From Bacteroidales bacterium (GTDB lineage Bacteria > Bacteroidota > Bacteroidia > Bacteroidales > P3), in NCBI GenBank assembly GCA_009783885.1, contig WRCN01000007.1, positions 16,953-80,952 of the forward strand: 64,000 nt of DNA, read 5' to 3'. This document shows, piece by piece, positions 18,142 to 26,860 of the stretch. Each line of letters begins with the position of its first letter. Position 1 is the first letter of the stretch. The notes under the pieces were generated by a model that searched no databases, was not told the DNA's origin, and was given only the letters and a program-made list of their open reading frames with translations. The position numbers were made by a program, and so were the translations under genes.

Positions 18142-18238
18142 GTCACTCCGAGCGCAGTCGAGGAACCGAAGCACGAAGTGCGAGTTCGGCGAAGCCGATC
18201 CCTTCGCTATGGGATGTTTCGACTGCGCTTGACATGAC
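18142..18238. repeat. GAGCG-core hairpin composite (two units plus small internal hairpins)
   Basis: GTCACTCC-GAGCGCAGTCGA-GGAAC, spacer, then GGGATGTT-TCGACTGCGCTT-GACATGAC. It forms the last 32 or so codons and the stop of ptrB. Confidence 0.85.
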
Positions 18239-20287
18239 GTGATTATTCAATGTTTTTAATAGAAAAGTGTATTCAAGTGCAGTTTCTTTCAATGCTTCAA
18301 ATCGTCCGGAAGCACCACCATGCCCGAAGTTCATCTCTGTCTTGAATAGTAATAGATTGTTGTCCGTTTTCGTTGCTCGCAGTTTGGCAACCCATTTTGC
18401 AGGCTCCCAATATTGCACTTGCGAATCATGATAACCCGTTGTTATCAACATATTCGGATAGTTTTGCGGTTTTACATTATCGTAAGGCGAATAAGACAAC
18501 ATATAATCGAAAAATTCTTTTTCGTTGGGATTTCCCCATTCTTCATATTCACCTGTTGTTAGCGGAATATCTTCGTCGAGCATCGTTGTAACCACGTCTA
18601 CAAAAGGCACTTGCGCGATGAGTGTGTGAAACAAATCAGGTCGCATGTTTGCTACTACACCAATCAGCAATCCGCCTGCGCTCCCACCCATTGCTGCAAG
18701 TTTTTGAGGTGATGTAAAATTCTCTTGTATCAACATTTCTGCACAAGCGATAAAGTCTAAAAACGTGTTTTTTTTCTTTAAGAGTTTTGCATTTTCATAC
18801 CATTTTCTGCCCATTTCCTCGCCACCTCGAATGTGCGCAATCGCATACACGAAACCTCTATCTAAGAGGCTCAATCGTGCCGAACTGAAATTCGGGTCAA
18901 TTGAAATTCCATACGAACCATAACCATAAAGCAAGGTTGGATTTTGTCCGTTTTTTTCCACACCCTTTCTGTAAACAATCGAAATAGGTACGCGTTCACC
19001 ATCGTGAGAAATTGCCCACAAACGTTTGCTTTCGTAATTTTCAGGTTTGAAATTTTTATCTAAAACCACCTGCTGTTTCAGCATCACGATTTCGCGAGTT
19101 TTCAGATTGTATTCGTACGAAGTGCGTGGCGTTGTCATAGATGTATAACCGTATCTCAACGTCGTGGCATAAAAATCCGGATTGTAGCCAATACCTGTAT
19201 TATAGACTTCTTCGGGAAATTCAAGATAGTAATCCTCGCCGTTTTTCAAACTGATAATTCGAATATGATTGAGCGCATTTTTTCGCTCCTCTAAAACCAA
19301 ATAATCGGAAAAAACTTCAAAATCCTCCAATTTCACATCATCACGATGCGGAATGATGTCTTTCCAATTCTCTTTGTTTGTCAAACGTTCTGGCGTTTTC
19401 ATCAATTTGAAATTGGTGGCTTGCCAATTCGTCATCACAAAAAAATGATCTTCAAAGTGCTCGATAGAATATTCCAAATCTTTTTCTCTGCGATGAAATA
19501 TTTGAAATTCTGCTTCGGGCTGATTAGCAGGAATAATACGATATTCAGACGATGTAGAACTCCCTGAAAACAAAAAAACGTAGCTTTCCGATTTCGTTCG
19601 TCCCACGCCAACATTAAATTTTGCATCTTTCTCAAAAAAGATTTCTTGTTCGTTTTTCGGATTTCCAAGCGTATATCTTATCACTCGGCAATCACGCAAT
19701 TGGCGGTTTTGCTTAACATAAAACAAGGTTTTGTTATCTGCAGTCCAAGTAAAATTTCCTGAAGTTTTTTCAATTTTTTCGTTCAAGATTTCACCGGTTT
19801 CTAAATTTTTAAACCAAATATCATAAATCCGACGACTTACAAAATCCACTGCAAACGCCAACATTTTATTATCGTCGCTAATCGCTAATTCGCTCACAGC
19901 ACAGAACGCGTGACCTTCGGCAAGTTTATTCACATCCAAAATTATTTCCTCTAAATTTTCCAATGTTTGGAATTTTCGGCAATAAATCGGGTATTCTTTG
20001 CCTGTTTCGTAACGTGTGTAATACCAATATGCTTTGCGAAAAAACGGAACGCTTTGGTCGTCCTCTTTGATACGCGATTTGATTTCATCAAACAGTTGTT
20101 TTTGTAAGCCTTCCGTATCTTTCATTATCGCATCGCCATAAGCATTTTCGGCATTCAAATACCCCAAAACATCCGGCGTATCACGCTGATTCAGCCAAAA
20201 ATAATCGTCTTGACGAACAACATCGTGCATAGTCAACACTTTCGGATCTTTCTTTGCAATTGGCGCAGTATTTTGCGAATTTATCAT
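18143..20287 (-). CDS. ptrB: Oligopeptidase B / prolyl oligopeptidase family S9A serine protease with a repeat-encoded C-terminal tail
   Basis: N-terminal beta-propeller region (DDYFWLNQRD) and catalytic Ser motif GGSAGGLL. The C-terminal 32 aa, HVMSSAVETSHSEGIGFAELALRASVPRLRSE, come from the repeat. Confidence 0.8.
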   Translation of the reverse strand: MINSQNTAPIAKKDPKVLTMHDVVRQDDYFWLNQRDTPDVLGYLNAENAYGDAIMKDTEGLQKQLFDEIKSRIKEDDQSVPFFRKAYWYYTRYETGKEYPIYCRKFQTLENLEEIILDVNKLAEGHAFCAVSELAISDDNKMLAFAVDFVSRRIYDIWFKNLETGEILNEKIEKTSGNFTWTADNKTLFYVKQNRQLRDCRVIRYTLGNPKNEQEIFFEKDAKFNVGVGRTKSESYVFLFSGSSTSSEYRIIPANQPEAEFQIFHRREKDLEYSIEHFEDHFFVMTNWQATNFKLMKTPERLTNKENWKDIIPHRDDVKLEDFEVFSDYLVLEERKNALNHIRIISLKNGEDYYLEFPEEVYNTGIGYNPDFYATTLRYGYTSMTTPRTSYEYNLKTREIVMLKQQVVLDKNFKPENYESKRLWAISHDGERVPISIVYRKGVEKNGQNPTLLYGYGSYGISIDPNFSSARLSLLDRGFVYAIAHIRGGEEMGRKWYENAKLLKKKNTFLDFIACAEMLIQENFTSPQKLAAMGGSAGGLLIGVVANMRPDLFHTLIAQVPFVDVVTTMLDEDIPLTTGEYEEWGNPNEKEFFDYMLSYSPYDNVKPQNYPNMLITTGYHDSQVQYWEPAKWVAKLRATKTDNNLLLFKTEMNFGHGGASGRFEALKETALEYTFLLKTLNNHVMSSAVETSHSEGIGFAELALRASVPRLRSE

Positions 20288-20402
20288 ACTGCAAAAGTAG
20301 TCAAAAAAAGTACGTAATTTTGAGTTTTGAAAGAGAAGTTATCAACAGGCAGGTATGAATTAAGCCTACGCCAAAAATTGACGCAGGCTTCAGAGGTTTT
20401 TG

Positions 20403-20475
20403 TCGGGATAACAAGACTCGAACTTGCGACCTCGTCGTCCCGAACGACGCGCGCTACCAACTGCGCCACATCCCG
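20403..20475 (-). tRNA. tRNA-Pro (anticodon CGG)
   Basis: The minus strand reads CGGGATGTGGCGCAGTTGGTAGCGCGCGTCGTTCGGGACGACGAGGTCGCAAGTTCGAGTCTTGTTATCCCGA. It has a 7-bp acceptor stem, anticodon stem CGTCG/CGACG with loop TTCGGGA, and a T-loop GTTCGAGTC. CCA is not encoded. Confidence 0.85.
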
Positions 20476-20519
20476 ATTGTAGACTGCAAAATTACAATTT
20501 TTTTTTGAAATAACAAAAT

Positions 20520-21668
20520 TTACTCCGCATTTTTAGACTTTTTCCGAGACCCTTCATAAAGTTCAAACTTTTGAAATTTACAGAGCAAAGAACCGTTATA
20601 AAGTTCAATTTTTTTCGATGGATGTAAGCCGAAACGTTTCATCGCGTCTACGTCCGAACTGATAAACCATGCTATCCAATCTTGATAATCTTTCTTGAGT
20701 TTATCACCGATATTTTGATACATTTCTATCAAGTCTTCAACTTCCAAACGCACGCCATACGGTGGATTGCTAACGATCATTCCTTTTTCACAAGGCTTAT
20801 CCAATTTCATAAAATCGCCCAAACGCAAGCTAATGTCTTTGTGCAAGCGCGCTTGCTTGATATTTTGCTCTGCGATATACAAACTCTCTTCGGAAATATC
20901 CGACCCGAAGATTTCGCATTCAGGATCACTGATATTCTCTACAGCCATTGTCTGCACTTGTTTCCAGAGCATTGTATCAAAATCGTTCCAATATTGAAAA
21001 GCGAATTTTTTTCGATAAAATTGCGCCGGCATATTACAGGCTTTCATTGCTGCCTCTATCAGCAGCGTACCCGAACCACACATCGGATCGTAAAAATCTG
21101 TTTTCATATCCCACTCGCTCAACACAATCAAACCAGCTGCCAGCACTTCGTTTATCGGCGCTTGATTCGCTTGAATTCGGTAATTGCGGCGATGCAAAGA
21201 ATCTCCCGAACTGTTTAGCGAGATCACACAACGATTTCGATATAAATACACATCAATTTTCACATCCGCATTTTCTAAATCCACATACGGACGCTTGTGA
21301 AACAATCTTCTGAAATGGTCGCAAATAGCGTCTTTCGTGCGTTGCGAAACAAATTTAGTGTGTGTGAAAACGGAATCCATACAAAAGGATTCTACCATCA
21401 TTTTACTATCTACGCAGAATAGTTTTTCCCACGCCATACTCACGACTTTGTCGTACAAATCGTCTTGCGTTTTGATTTGAAAATCCACTAAAGGTTTCAA
21501 AATCGCCAATGCTGTACGACACTCGTAATTAGCTCGATACATCACTTTTTGATCGCCCTCGAACATCACGGCACGGTTTCCTATTTCGATATTGGTAGCA
21601 CCCAAATCAGCTAATTCCTTAGCCAAAATGGGCTCTAGTCCTTTCATTGTTTTTGCGGTTAACTTCAT
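20520..21668 (-). CDS. THUMP-domain class I SAM-dependent RNA methyltransferase (RlmL/COG0116-like)
   Basis: It carries the motifs DPMCGSGTLLIEA (SAM binding) and VSNPPYG (catalytic NPPY). The start was trimmed to MKLTAKTMKGLEP at 21668. Confidence 0.8.
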   Translation of the reverse strand: MKLTAKTMKGLEPILAKELADLGATNIEIGNRAVMFEGDQKVMYRANYECRTALAILKPLVDFQIKTQDDLYDKVVSMAWEKLFCVDSKMMVESFCMDSVFTHTKFVSQRTKDAICDHFRRLFHKRPYVDLENADVKIDVYLYRNRCVISLNSSGDSLHRRNYRIQANQAPINEVLAAGLIVLSEWDMKTDFYDPMCGSGTLLIEAAMKACNMPAQFYRKKFAFQYWNDFDTMLWKQVQTMAVENISDPECEIFGSDISEESLYIAEQNIKQARLHKDISLRLGDFMKLDKPCEKGMIVSNPPYGVRLEVEDLIEMYQNIGDKLKKDYQDWIAWFISSDVDAMKRFGLHPSKKIELYNGSLLCKFQKFELYEGSRKKSKNAE

Positions 21669-21692
21669 TATTTTTCCAGTGGTATTTTTCTG

Positions 21693-21700
21693 CAAAGGTA
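21693..21700 (-). promoter_or_regulatory. -7 promoter box (TACCTTTG on minus strand)
   Basis: The minus strand reads TTTTTGTACCTTTGCAGAAAAATACC, 24 nt upstream of the ATG at 21668. Confidence 0.5.
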
Positions 21701-21707
21701 CAAAAAT

Positions 21708-21780
21708 AAATTGAGAATTGAAAATGGAAAATGGAGAATGAAAAATAATTTTCAATTTTCAATTCTCAATTCTCAATTTT
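21708..21780. repeat. Inverted pair of 7-nt tandem repeat arrays between divergent promoters
   Basis: AAATTGAGAATTGAAAATGGAAAATGGAGAATGAAAA-ATA-ATTTTCAATTTTCAATTCTCAATTCTCAATTTT. The right arm is TTTTCAA x2 plus TTCTCAA x2. Confidence 0.8.
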
Positions 21781-21784
21781 TTCG

Positions 21785-21792
21785 TATCTTTG
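21785..21792 (+). promoter_or_regulatory. -7 promoter box TATCTTTG
   Basis: TTTTTTCGTATCTTTGTAG lies 24 nt upstream of the kdsA ATG. Confidence 0.55.
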
Positions 21793-21815
21793 TAGTCTAA
21801 AAATCGAAAAACAAA

Positions 21816-22619
21816 ATGCTCCCCAAATTATTGCATAACCATTCCGACACAAATTTTTTCCTTCTAGCAGGACCTTGTGTGATTGAAAATGAGACTATGC
21901 CATTCGAAATTGCCGAACGGATCTCAAAAATTTGCAAAAAATTAGAGATTCCGTTTGTTTTCAAAGCCTCGTATCGCAAGGCTAATCGCTCGAAACTGAG
22001 TTCATTTACTGGTATTGGCGATTTGGAAGGTTTGAAAATTTTGCGCGACATTCGTAAACAGTTCGAAATTCCGGTTGTTACCGATATTCATTCTGCCGAG
22101 GAAGCCCAAACTGCTGCTGAATATGTAGATATATTGCAGATTCCGGCGTTTTTGTGTCGTCAAACGGAATTGTTGGTTGCTGCAGCGAAAACCGGACGTT
22201 GTGTGAATGTCAAAAAAGGGCAATTCCTTTCGCCCGATGCGATGAGATTTGCTGTGGAAAAAATCAAACAGGCAGGAAATTATGATGTGATGCTCACCGA
22301 ACGCGGTACAACATTTGGCTATCAAGATTTGGTAGTTGATTTTCGAAGCATTCCGATGATGCAAAAAAACGAGGTTCCCGTAATTGTAGATATTACACAC
22401 TCTCTACAACAACCCAATCAAGTCAGCGGCGTTACCGGCGGGCAGCCCGAAATGATTGAAACCATTGCAAAAGCGGCCGTTGCCGTGGGAGTTGATGGAT
22501 TATTTATCGAAACCCATCCCAACCCCAAACAAGCCCTTTCGGACGGTGCAAATATGCTCGAATTGGATTTGTTGGAAGACCTTTTGGAAAAATTGATTAG
22601 AATACGAAAAAGCCTTTAA
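21816..22619 (+). CDS. kdsA: 3-deoxy-8-phosphooctulonate synthase
   Basis: Blocks LLAGPCVIE, FKASYRKANRS, VTDIH, LQIPAFLCRQTEL and DITHSLQ are all KdsA hallmarks. 267 aa. Confidence 0.9.
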   Translation: MLPKLLHNHSDTNFFLLAGPCVIENETMPFEIAERISKICKKLEIPFVFKASYRKANRSKLSSFTGIGDLEGLKILRDIRKQFEIPVVTDIHSAEEAQTAAEYVDILQIPAFLCRQTELLVAAAKTGRCVNVKKGQFLSPDAMRFAVEKIKQAGNYDVMLTERGTTFGYQDLVVDFRSIPMMQKNEVPVIVDITHSLQQPNQVSGVTGGQPEMIETIAKAAVAVGVDGLFIETHPNPKQALSDGANMLELDLLEDLLEKLIRIRKSL

Positions 22620-22621
22620 TT

Positions 22622-23791
22622 ATGAAACGTTTATCTATTATTGTTATCTTGGTAGGTGTTTTGATTTCATGCAAAACGCCTCAACTTGTAGTAACTCCAT
22701 ACGAAGTGACGCCGATTACGGGAAAATCGGGTACCATCAACTCAACAGGAGTTTTTTACGCCTTACCCCGTCAAAGTGTGGAGGTAGATATTTTGGTTCG
22801 TAAACAAGATTTCATCAAAGGACCATACGCTGAATTTGCAGAGCGACTTTTGGGTATAAAAAATGTTATTAAAGAAAACTACAGTGTTTATAATATTGAA
22901 AATGTATCTGTTTCACAAAGATCGGAGGTTGATCCTAACAACATCTATTTCGTTCAATTTAACGATTCAGAATTGGCTTTGACGTATGACAATAGCCTAA
23001 TTATCAGTAGTGTAAATATCTCAAACCGTGAATCTTCCGAACAAAGCAAGAGGACTCATCCACCACAAGTCGTTCAAACAGCAAGAGCAACAAGTCGCCC
23101 GTTAATTCCAACATTTAATTTAGTTGAACGAACCGATACGGTATTTTTCAATCAAATGGTCGACACGCAACTCGTTCAGCATTACAATATTCGTACAGTA
23201 AAAGCCGAAAAAACACCTCTGCAAAAAGCGGAGGAAATTGTAGAACAAATCGCCAAAATTCGTGAAGACAGAAATAGACTTTTGACAGGTTTTCAAGAAG
23301 TTAACTATGAAGCCGCTGCAATCAAATATATGAATGAAGAGTTTAATCGTATGGAAGACGAATACATTCGGTTGTTTATTGGCACAACGAAAGTATCTTA
23401 TGAAACGGCGCATTTTGATTTTTTGCCGGAAGATAAAGATCGTCTGACTACCGAATTAGCTTGGTTTTCAGTAAGTTTAGGCTTATTAAATTTAGATACG
23501 GAATGGGGATCGGACGGCAAAAAAATTACATTGAACATTATATTGGATGATGATATTTTAGCCTCCATAGAACAGTTTTCCGAAAACATTAAATTACCGA
23601 AAAATGGTTTTTTTTATAGCATTCCAAGTCCGGCTTTAGTAAAAGTAATGCTTGACGACCAGGTAATTTACTCCAATCAAATGCCTTTTAGCCAATTTGG
23701 AATTACACAATCGCTTGCACCGGGTTTGTTGCAGATTGATTTTTCACCGCAAACAGGGGAAATTCGGAGTGTTCGTGCAATTGAAAACTAA
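22622..23791 (+). CDS. Hypothetical lipoprotein
   Basis: Lipoprotein signal MKRLSIIVILVGVLISC. It starts 3 nt after the kdsA stop. No catalytic motif was recognised. Confidence 0.6.
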   Translation: MKRLSIIVILVGVLISCKTPQLVVTPYEVTPITGKSGTINSTGVFYALPRQSVEVDILVRKQDFIKGPYAEFAERLLGIKNVIKENYSVYNIENVSVSQRSEVDPNNIYFVQFNDSELALTYDNSLIISSVNISNRESSEQSKRTHPPQVVQTARATSRPLIPTFNLVERTDTVFFNQMVDTQLVQHYNIRTVKAEKTPLQKAEEIVEQIAKIREDRNRLLTGFQEVNYEAAAIKYMNEEFNRMEDEYIRLFIGTTKVSYETAHFDFLPEDKDRLTTELAWFSVSLGLLNLDTEWGSDGKKITLNIILDDDILASIEQFSENIKLPKNGFFYSIPSPALVKVMLDDQVIYSNQMPFSQFGITQSLAPGLLQIDFSPQTGEIRSVRAIEN

Positions 23792-23912
23792 GTGTGAATA
23801 AATATCTTTGGAATAATTTTGTAGTTTTAGATAGAAAATAAAAAAACAGAAAAAATGAAAAAGACTTTATGGGATTTGAAAAAGGTTATACCGTTGAAAA
23901 TATAAGAACATT

Positions 23913-24695
23913 ATGGTTACAAAATTTATCACACTGACAAAAGAAAATATCGACAGAGAACATGTCTGTTGTGCCATTTCCGACAAGAAATGTGCAGAAA
24001 GTTACGAAGCGAAAAAAACATGGTTAAAGCGGGAATTTGACAACGGATACGTTTTTCGAAGACTTGATGAGCGAGTAAAAGTTTTTATCGAATATGTTCC
24101 CGCTGAAAAAGCGTGGTTACCTGTTGAAGCCCCGAATTATTTAATGATAAACTGTTTTTGGGTTTCGGGGCAGTACAAAGGAAAAGGTTATGCAAAAGCG
24201 TTGCTCCAAACGGCGATTGATGATGCAATATCACAAGGTAAAGACGGGCTTGTAACCGTTGTCGGAACAAGTAAATTTCATTTCATGAGTGACCCTAAAT
24301 GGTTTTTGAAACAAGGTTTTGAAGCAGTTGAAAAGTTGCCCTATGGATTTAGTTTGTTGGTTAGAAAAATAAATCCTAATGCGAAAAAACCGTTATTCGG
24401 CCAATCTGTACAGAGTGGTGAATGTGCAGAAAAGAACGGTTTGGTAGCATATTACACTAACCGTTGTCCGTTTACTGAATACTACGTAAATACGGAATTG
24501 CCAAAAACAGCCCAAAACAGAAAACTTCCGCTGAAATTGATAAAACTTGAAACAATGGAGCAGGCACAATCTGCGCCGACTCCAGCCACAATATTCAGTT
24601 TGTTCTATGACGGAAAATTTGTTACGACAGACATTAGCTCTTGTATGGATAATAGGTTTGATAAAACTGTAAAGATGTTGAAACACAACGTCTAA
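23913..24695 (+). CDS. GNAT N-acetyltransferase with YoaP-like C-terminal domain
   Basis: GNAT core (FWVSGQYKGKGYAKALL). The C-terminal half (VAYYTNRCPFTEYY...IFSLFYDGKFVTTD) looks like the YoaP-like domain. Confidence 0.65.
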   Translation: MVTKFITLTKENIDREHVCCAISDKKCAESYEAKKTWLKREFDNGYVFRRLDERVKVFIEYVPAEKAWLPVEAPNYLMINCFWVSGQYKGKGYAKALLQTAIDDAISQGKDGLVTVVGTSKFHFMSDPKWFLKQGFEAVEKLPYGFSLLVRKINPNAKKPLFGQSVQSGECAEKNGLVAYYTNRCPFTEYYVNTELPKTAQNRKLPLKLIKLETMEQAQSAPTPATIFSLFYDGKFVTTDISSCMDNRFDKTVKMLKHNV

Positions 24696-24771
24696 CGTGC
24701 AGTTTTGCGTTAGTCTAGGTCTAGCAAAGCTGCCGGAACGGCACGTTATATCCGTATATCCGTGATAAAAT

Positions 24772-25296
24772 TTAGGTGTAGCTTTTAAATGTTCCATCCA
24801 TAAAAAACACGATAATTCTTTCGATATCAGAATTTTGATTAGATTCCCGTTTGCTTGCAGGCGGGGCTTTTTCGTGCTGCTCAATTGAAGTAGATGGTGG
24901 CGCGGACTTGTAGTCTGTGCCGTTCCCTTCGACTCCGCTCAGGGATCGGTCGTTGATCGGAGCCGAAACGAGCGTCCGCACCACTGGTAAGTCTGTATCA
25001 ACAGTTTCACTATTCCATTCAAATTCAGGCGTTTTAAAGTCTAATTTAGGCTCTTGTTGTACCGATAGGGTGGGGGCGGATTTTTCAAGGCTAAACATCT
25101 GGTTTTTGCCTGTAAGCAGCCATTCGGCATTGATTTCGGGGAAACGATTGAGGGTTTTCATCACAAAATCCAAACTTGGATTGTTTCGGCGAGCCAATAT
25201 ATGAGACATACTTGAGCGTTGAATTCCGATCGCATCTGCGAACTGGGTTGGGGTTAAATTTTGAGTTTTTAAAATTAACTCGATTCGGTTGATCAT
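24772..25296 (-). CDS. XRE/Cro-type helix-turn-helix transcriptional regulator with a repeat-encoded internal segment
   Basis: N-terminal HTH: MINRIELILKTQNLTPTQFADAIGIQRSSMSHILARRNNPSLDFVMKTLNRFPEINAEWLLTGK. The middle segment ...RTLVSAPINDRSLSGVEGNGTDYKSAP... is encoded by the repeat at 24896-24984. Confidence 0.75.
   Translation of the reverse strand: MINRIELILKTQNLTPTQFADAIGIQRSSMSHILARRNNPSLDFVMKTLNRFPEINAEWLLTGKNQMFSLEKSAPTLSVQQEPKLDFKTPEFEWNSETVDTDLPVVRTLVSAPINDRSLSGVEGNGTDYKSAPPSTSIEQHEKAPPASKRESNQNSDIERIIVFFMDGTFKSYT
24896..24984. repeat. GAGCG-core two-unit element with outer stem, inside the HTH gene
   Basis: Outer arms GGTGGCGCGGAC / GTCCGCACCAC. Inner units are GTTCCC-TTCGACTCCGCTCA-GGGA and TCGTT-GATCGGAGCCGA-AACGA. 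GTAGTCTG at 24910. Confidence 0.8.
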
Positions 25297-25652
25297 TGTT
25301 TACAAAAGTGAATTCGATTTACATTCGACAAAAATCGTCTATTTAATTTTGTAAAATTATATAAAATTACAAATATAAACAAGTCGTTATGTGGAAACTT
25401 ATCAACAATTATTTCAATAAAACGATGTAATTATGTAATTATCAATTGTTTTAATGTTTAATATTTTATTTGTAAAATTTGTTAATTTAAAAGCGTTTAG
25501 TACTGGTGTATTACTTCAAATAATATTTTTTAAACGCTGGTTTTCAAGATAAAAAATTATAAAATTGGATGCATTTATAAATAATTGATTGTTTACAAAT
25601 TTAACATTGTAAATTGATGTTATTTTTACAATTTTACACTAATTTAATCGCG

Positions 25653-25690
25653 TTATTTTTGTAACTTCATTTACGTAGTTACAAAAATAA
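25653..25690. promoter_or_regulatory. Perfect 14-bp inverted repeat (operator candidate) in a 0.5-kb AT-rich spacer
   Basis: TTATTTTTGTAACT-tcatttacgt-AGTTACAAAAATAA. Each arm contains a TATTTTTG box. Confidence 0.35.
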
Positions 25691-25810
25691 TATGAATTTA
25701 CGAAAAATAGAATCAGATAAATTTGAGATTTGACCGGCTTTTCTTTGGAAAAATAACAACGAGTTCAATGGAAAAAAAATCGTTGGTTAGAGGGCTGATT
25801 TTGCGTTTGC

Positions 25811-25870
25811 CATTCCGAACGAAGTGAGGAATCTGTTAGCAAGTAGATTTCTAACTTCGTTCGGAATGAC
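25811..25870. repeat. Diverged hairpin repeat pair (core GAACGAAGTGA)
   Basis: CATTCC-GAACGAAGTGA-GGAATC tgttagcaagta GATTTC-TAACTTCGTTC-GGAATGAC. It shares GGAATCTGTTAGC with the element at 8594. Confidence 0.75.
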
Positions 25871-25884
25871 ACCTTTCATTTTGA

Positions 25885-26655
25885 TTATCTCCTTCTCCCA
25901 AAATGATAAGCAATATAAAAATTGGCAAAAAAGAAATTTTTATTGTTATGTGCCATCATCGGAATAGGAACGGGAAATAGATCAATCATTGCCCCCACTT
26001 CAAGAGCACTCACCCGCTCCTGATAGTTTCCAAAATCGAAGTTAAAGCCGAATCTACCGTAAATTCCAGGGTATGGACGAAGGTTAAACAATCCTTTAAA
26101 CATGGGGCCCATGCCATTAATAAATTGATTGTCGGGATGTTTAATAGGGTCGTATCTTTCCACTCGAACTTCCAAAGGTTGGCCAGAAAACCAGTTATTC
26201 GTATCTATGATACTCAAATACTGTGGAATCGCTAAACCTAAAACGGCACCAACGGAAACAATATAATCCACTTGAATACCACCCCAATAGGGTTTTTCAT
26301 TGAGTGTGCGTTGTGTGCCAAGGCCGTACCGAAAAGCATACAGTTGATTTAGGCCACCATTAATATATCTTCGAGGCGAGCCAACCCAATTTAACCCGGA
26401 ACTCCTTATAGCCTTCGGATGTCTGAGTTGAAGAAATTCAAACTCTTGAAAATTGTACTTGTAAATAGAACGTATTTTTCCGTAGCGATAACCAAAACCG
26501 AAACCATTGCTATGAATTTGTCCGAAAAACGAATGTTGGTTATAGAGTTTTAATTCCGTGTCCGGAGTTAAATCTTCTATTACTTCAACCTGTGAAAATG
26601 CGGATAAAGCAGGAAAAAGCAAAGCTACAAAAACATATCGAAATGGCCTACACAT
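25885..26655 (-). CDS. Hypothetical outer-membrane beta-barrel protein
   Basis: Signal peptide MCRPFRYVFVALLFPALSAFSQ. It is Gly/aromatic-rich with an alternating pattern. No motif was recognised. Confidence 0.5.
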   Translation of the reverse strand: MCRPFRYVFVALLFPALSAFSQVEVIEDLTPDTELKLYNQHSFFGQIHSNGFGFGYRYGKIRSIYKYNFQEFEFLQLRHPKAIRSSGLNWVGSPRRYINGGLNQLYAFRYGLGTQRTLNEKPYWGGIQVDYIVSVGAVLGLAIPQYLSIIDTNNWFSGQPLEVRVERYDPIKHPDNQFINGMGPMFKGLFNLRPYPGIYGRFGFNFDFGNYQERVSALEVGAMIDLFPVPIPMMAHNNKNFFFANFYIAYHFGRRR

Positions 26656-26661
26656 CTCAGG

Positions 26662-26796
26662 TTAATAGGGCAAACGCTCGTATTTGTTGGATTTGTTGCC
26701 GTAAGCGGGACAAGTTGTTCTTTTCTTTGATGCACAAGAAAATACTAATGCGCAGACTATCAGCATCAATACAGCTATTTTAAGTATTTTTTTCAT
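26662..26796 (-). CDS. Small lipoprotein (44 aa), not in the ORF track
   Basis: Own translation: MKKILKIAVLMLIVCALVFSCASKKRTTCPAYGNKSNKYERLPY. It has the lipobox VFSC, a promoter box 22 nt upstream, and a stop 7 nt before the next gene start. Confidence 0.45.
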   Translation of the reverse strand: MKKILKIAVLMLIVCALVFSCASKKRTTCPAYGNKSNKYERLPY

Positions 26797-26817
26797 ATTT
26801 GTTAAAAAATATTTGGA

Positions 26818-26825
26818 CAAAGATA
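26818..26825 (-). promoter_or_regulatory. -7 promoter box (TATCTTTG on minus strand)
   Basis: The minus strand reads TTTTTTGTATCTTTGTCCAAATA, upstream of the 44-aa ORF. Confidence 0.5.
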
Positions 26826-26860
26826 CAAAAAATTTCGTAACTTTACAAAAAATTTTTCTT

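Noticed and set aside
20284-20469. 61-aa ORF MAQLVARVVRDDEVASSSLVIPTK...
   Set aside because: It overlaps tRNA-Pro on the same strand. This is the classic spurious ORF produced by translating a tRNA gene.
20288-20519. Integrated element next to tRNA-Pro, since tRNA genes are common integration sites.
   Set aside because: No integrase, no direct repeat of the tRNA 3' end and no compositional break are visible. The flanking genes are housekeeping.
21708-21780. Possibility that the short tandem or inverted repeats are a CRISPR array.
   Set aside because: The repeats are 7 nt long or are isolated hairpins. There is no regular repeat-spacer periodicity of 25-40 nt, no unique spacers and no cas genes.
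25297-25810. Replication origin (oriC) in the AT-rich spacer.
   Set aside because: I found only one degenerate DnaA-box-like word (TGTGGAAAC at about 25392) and no cluster. There is no dnaA/dnaN nearby, and I cannot compute chromosome-wide skew. It is kept as a low-probability alternative in the finding.
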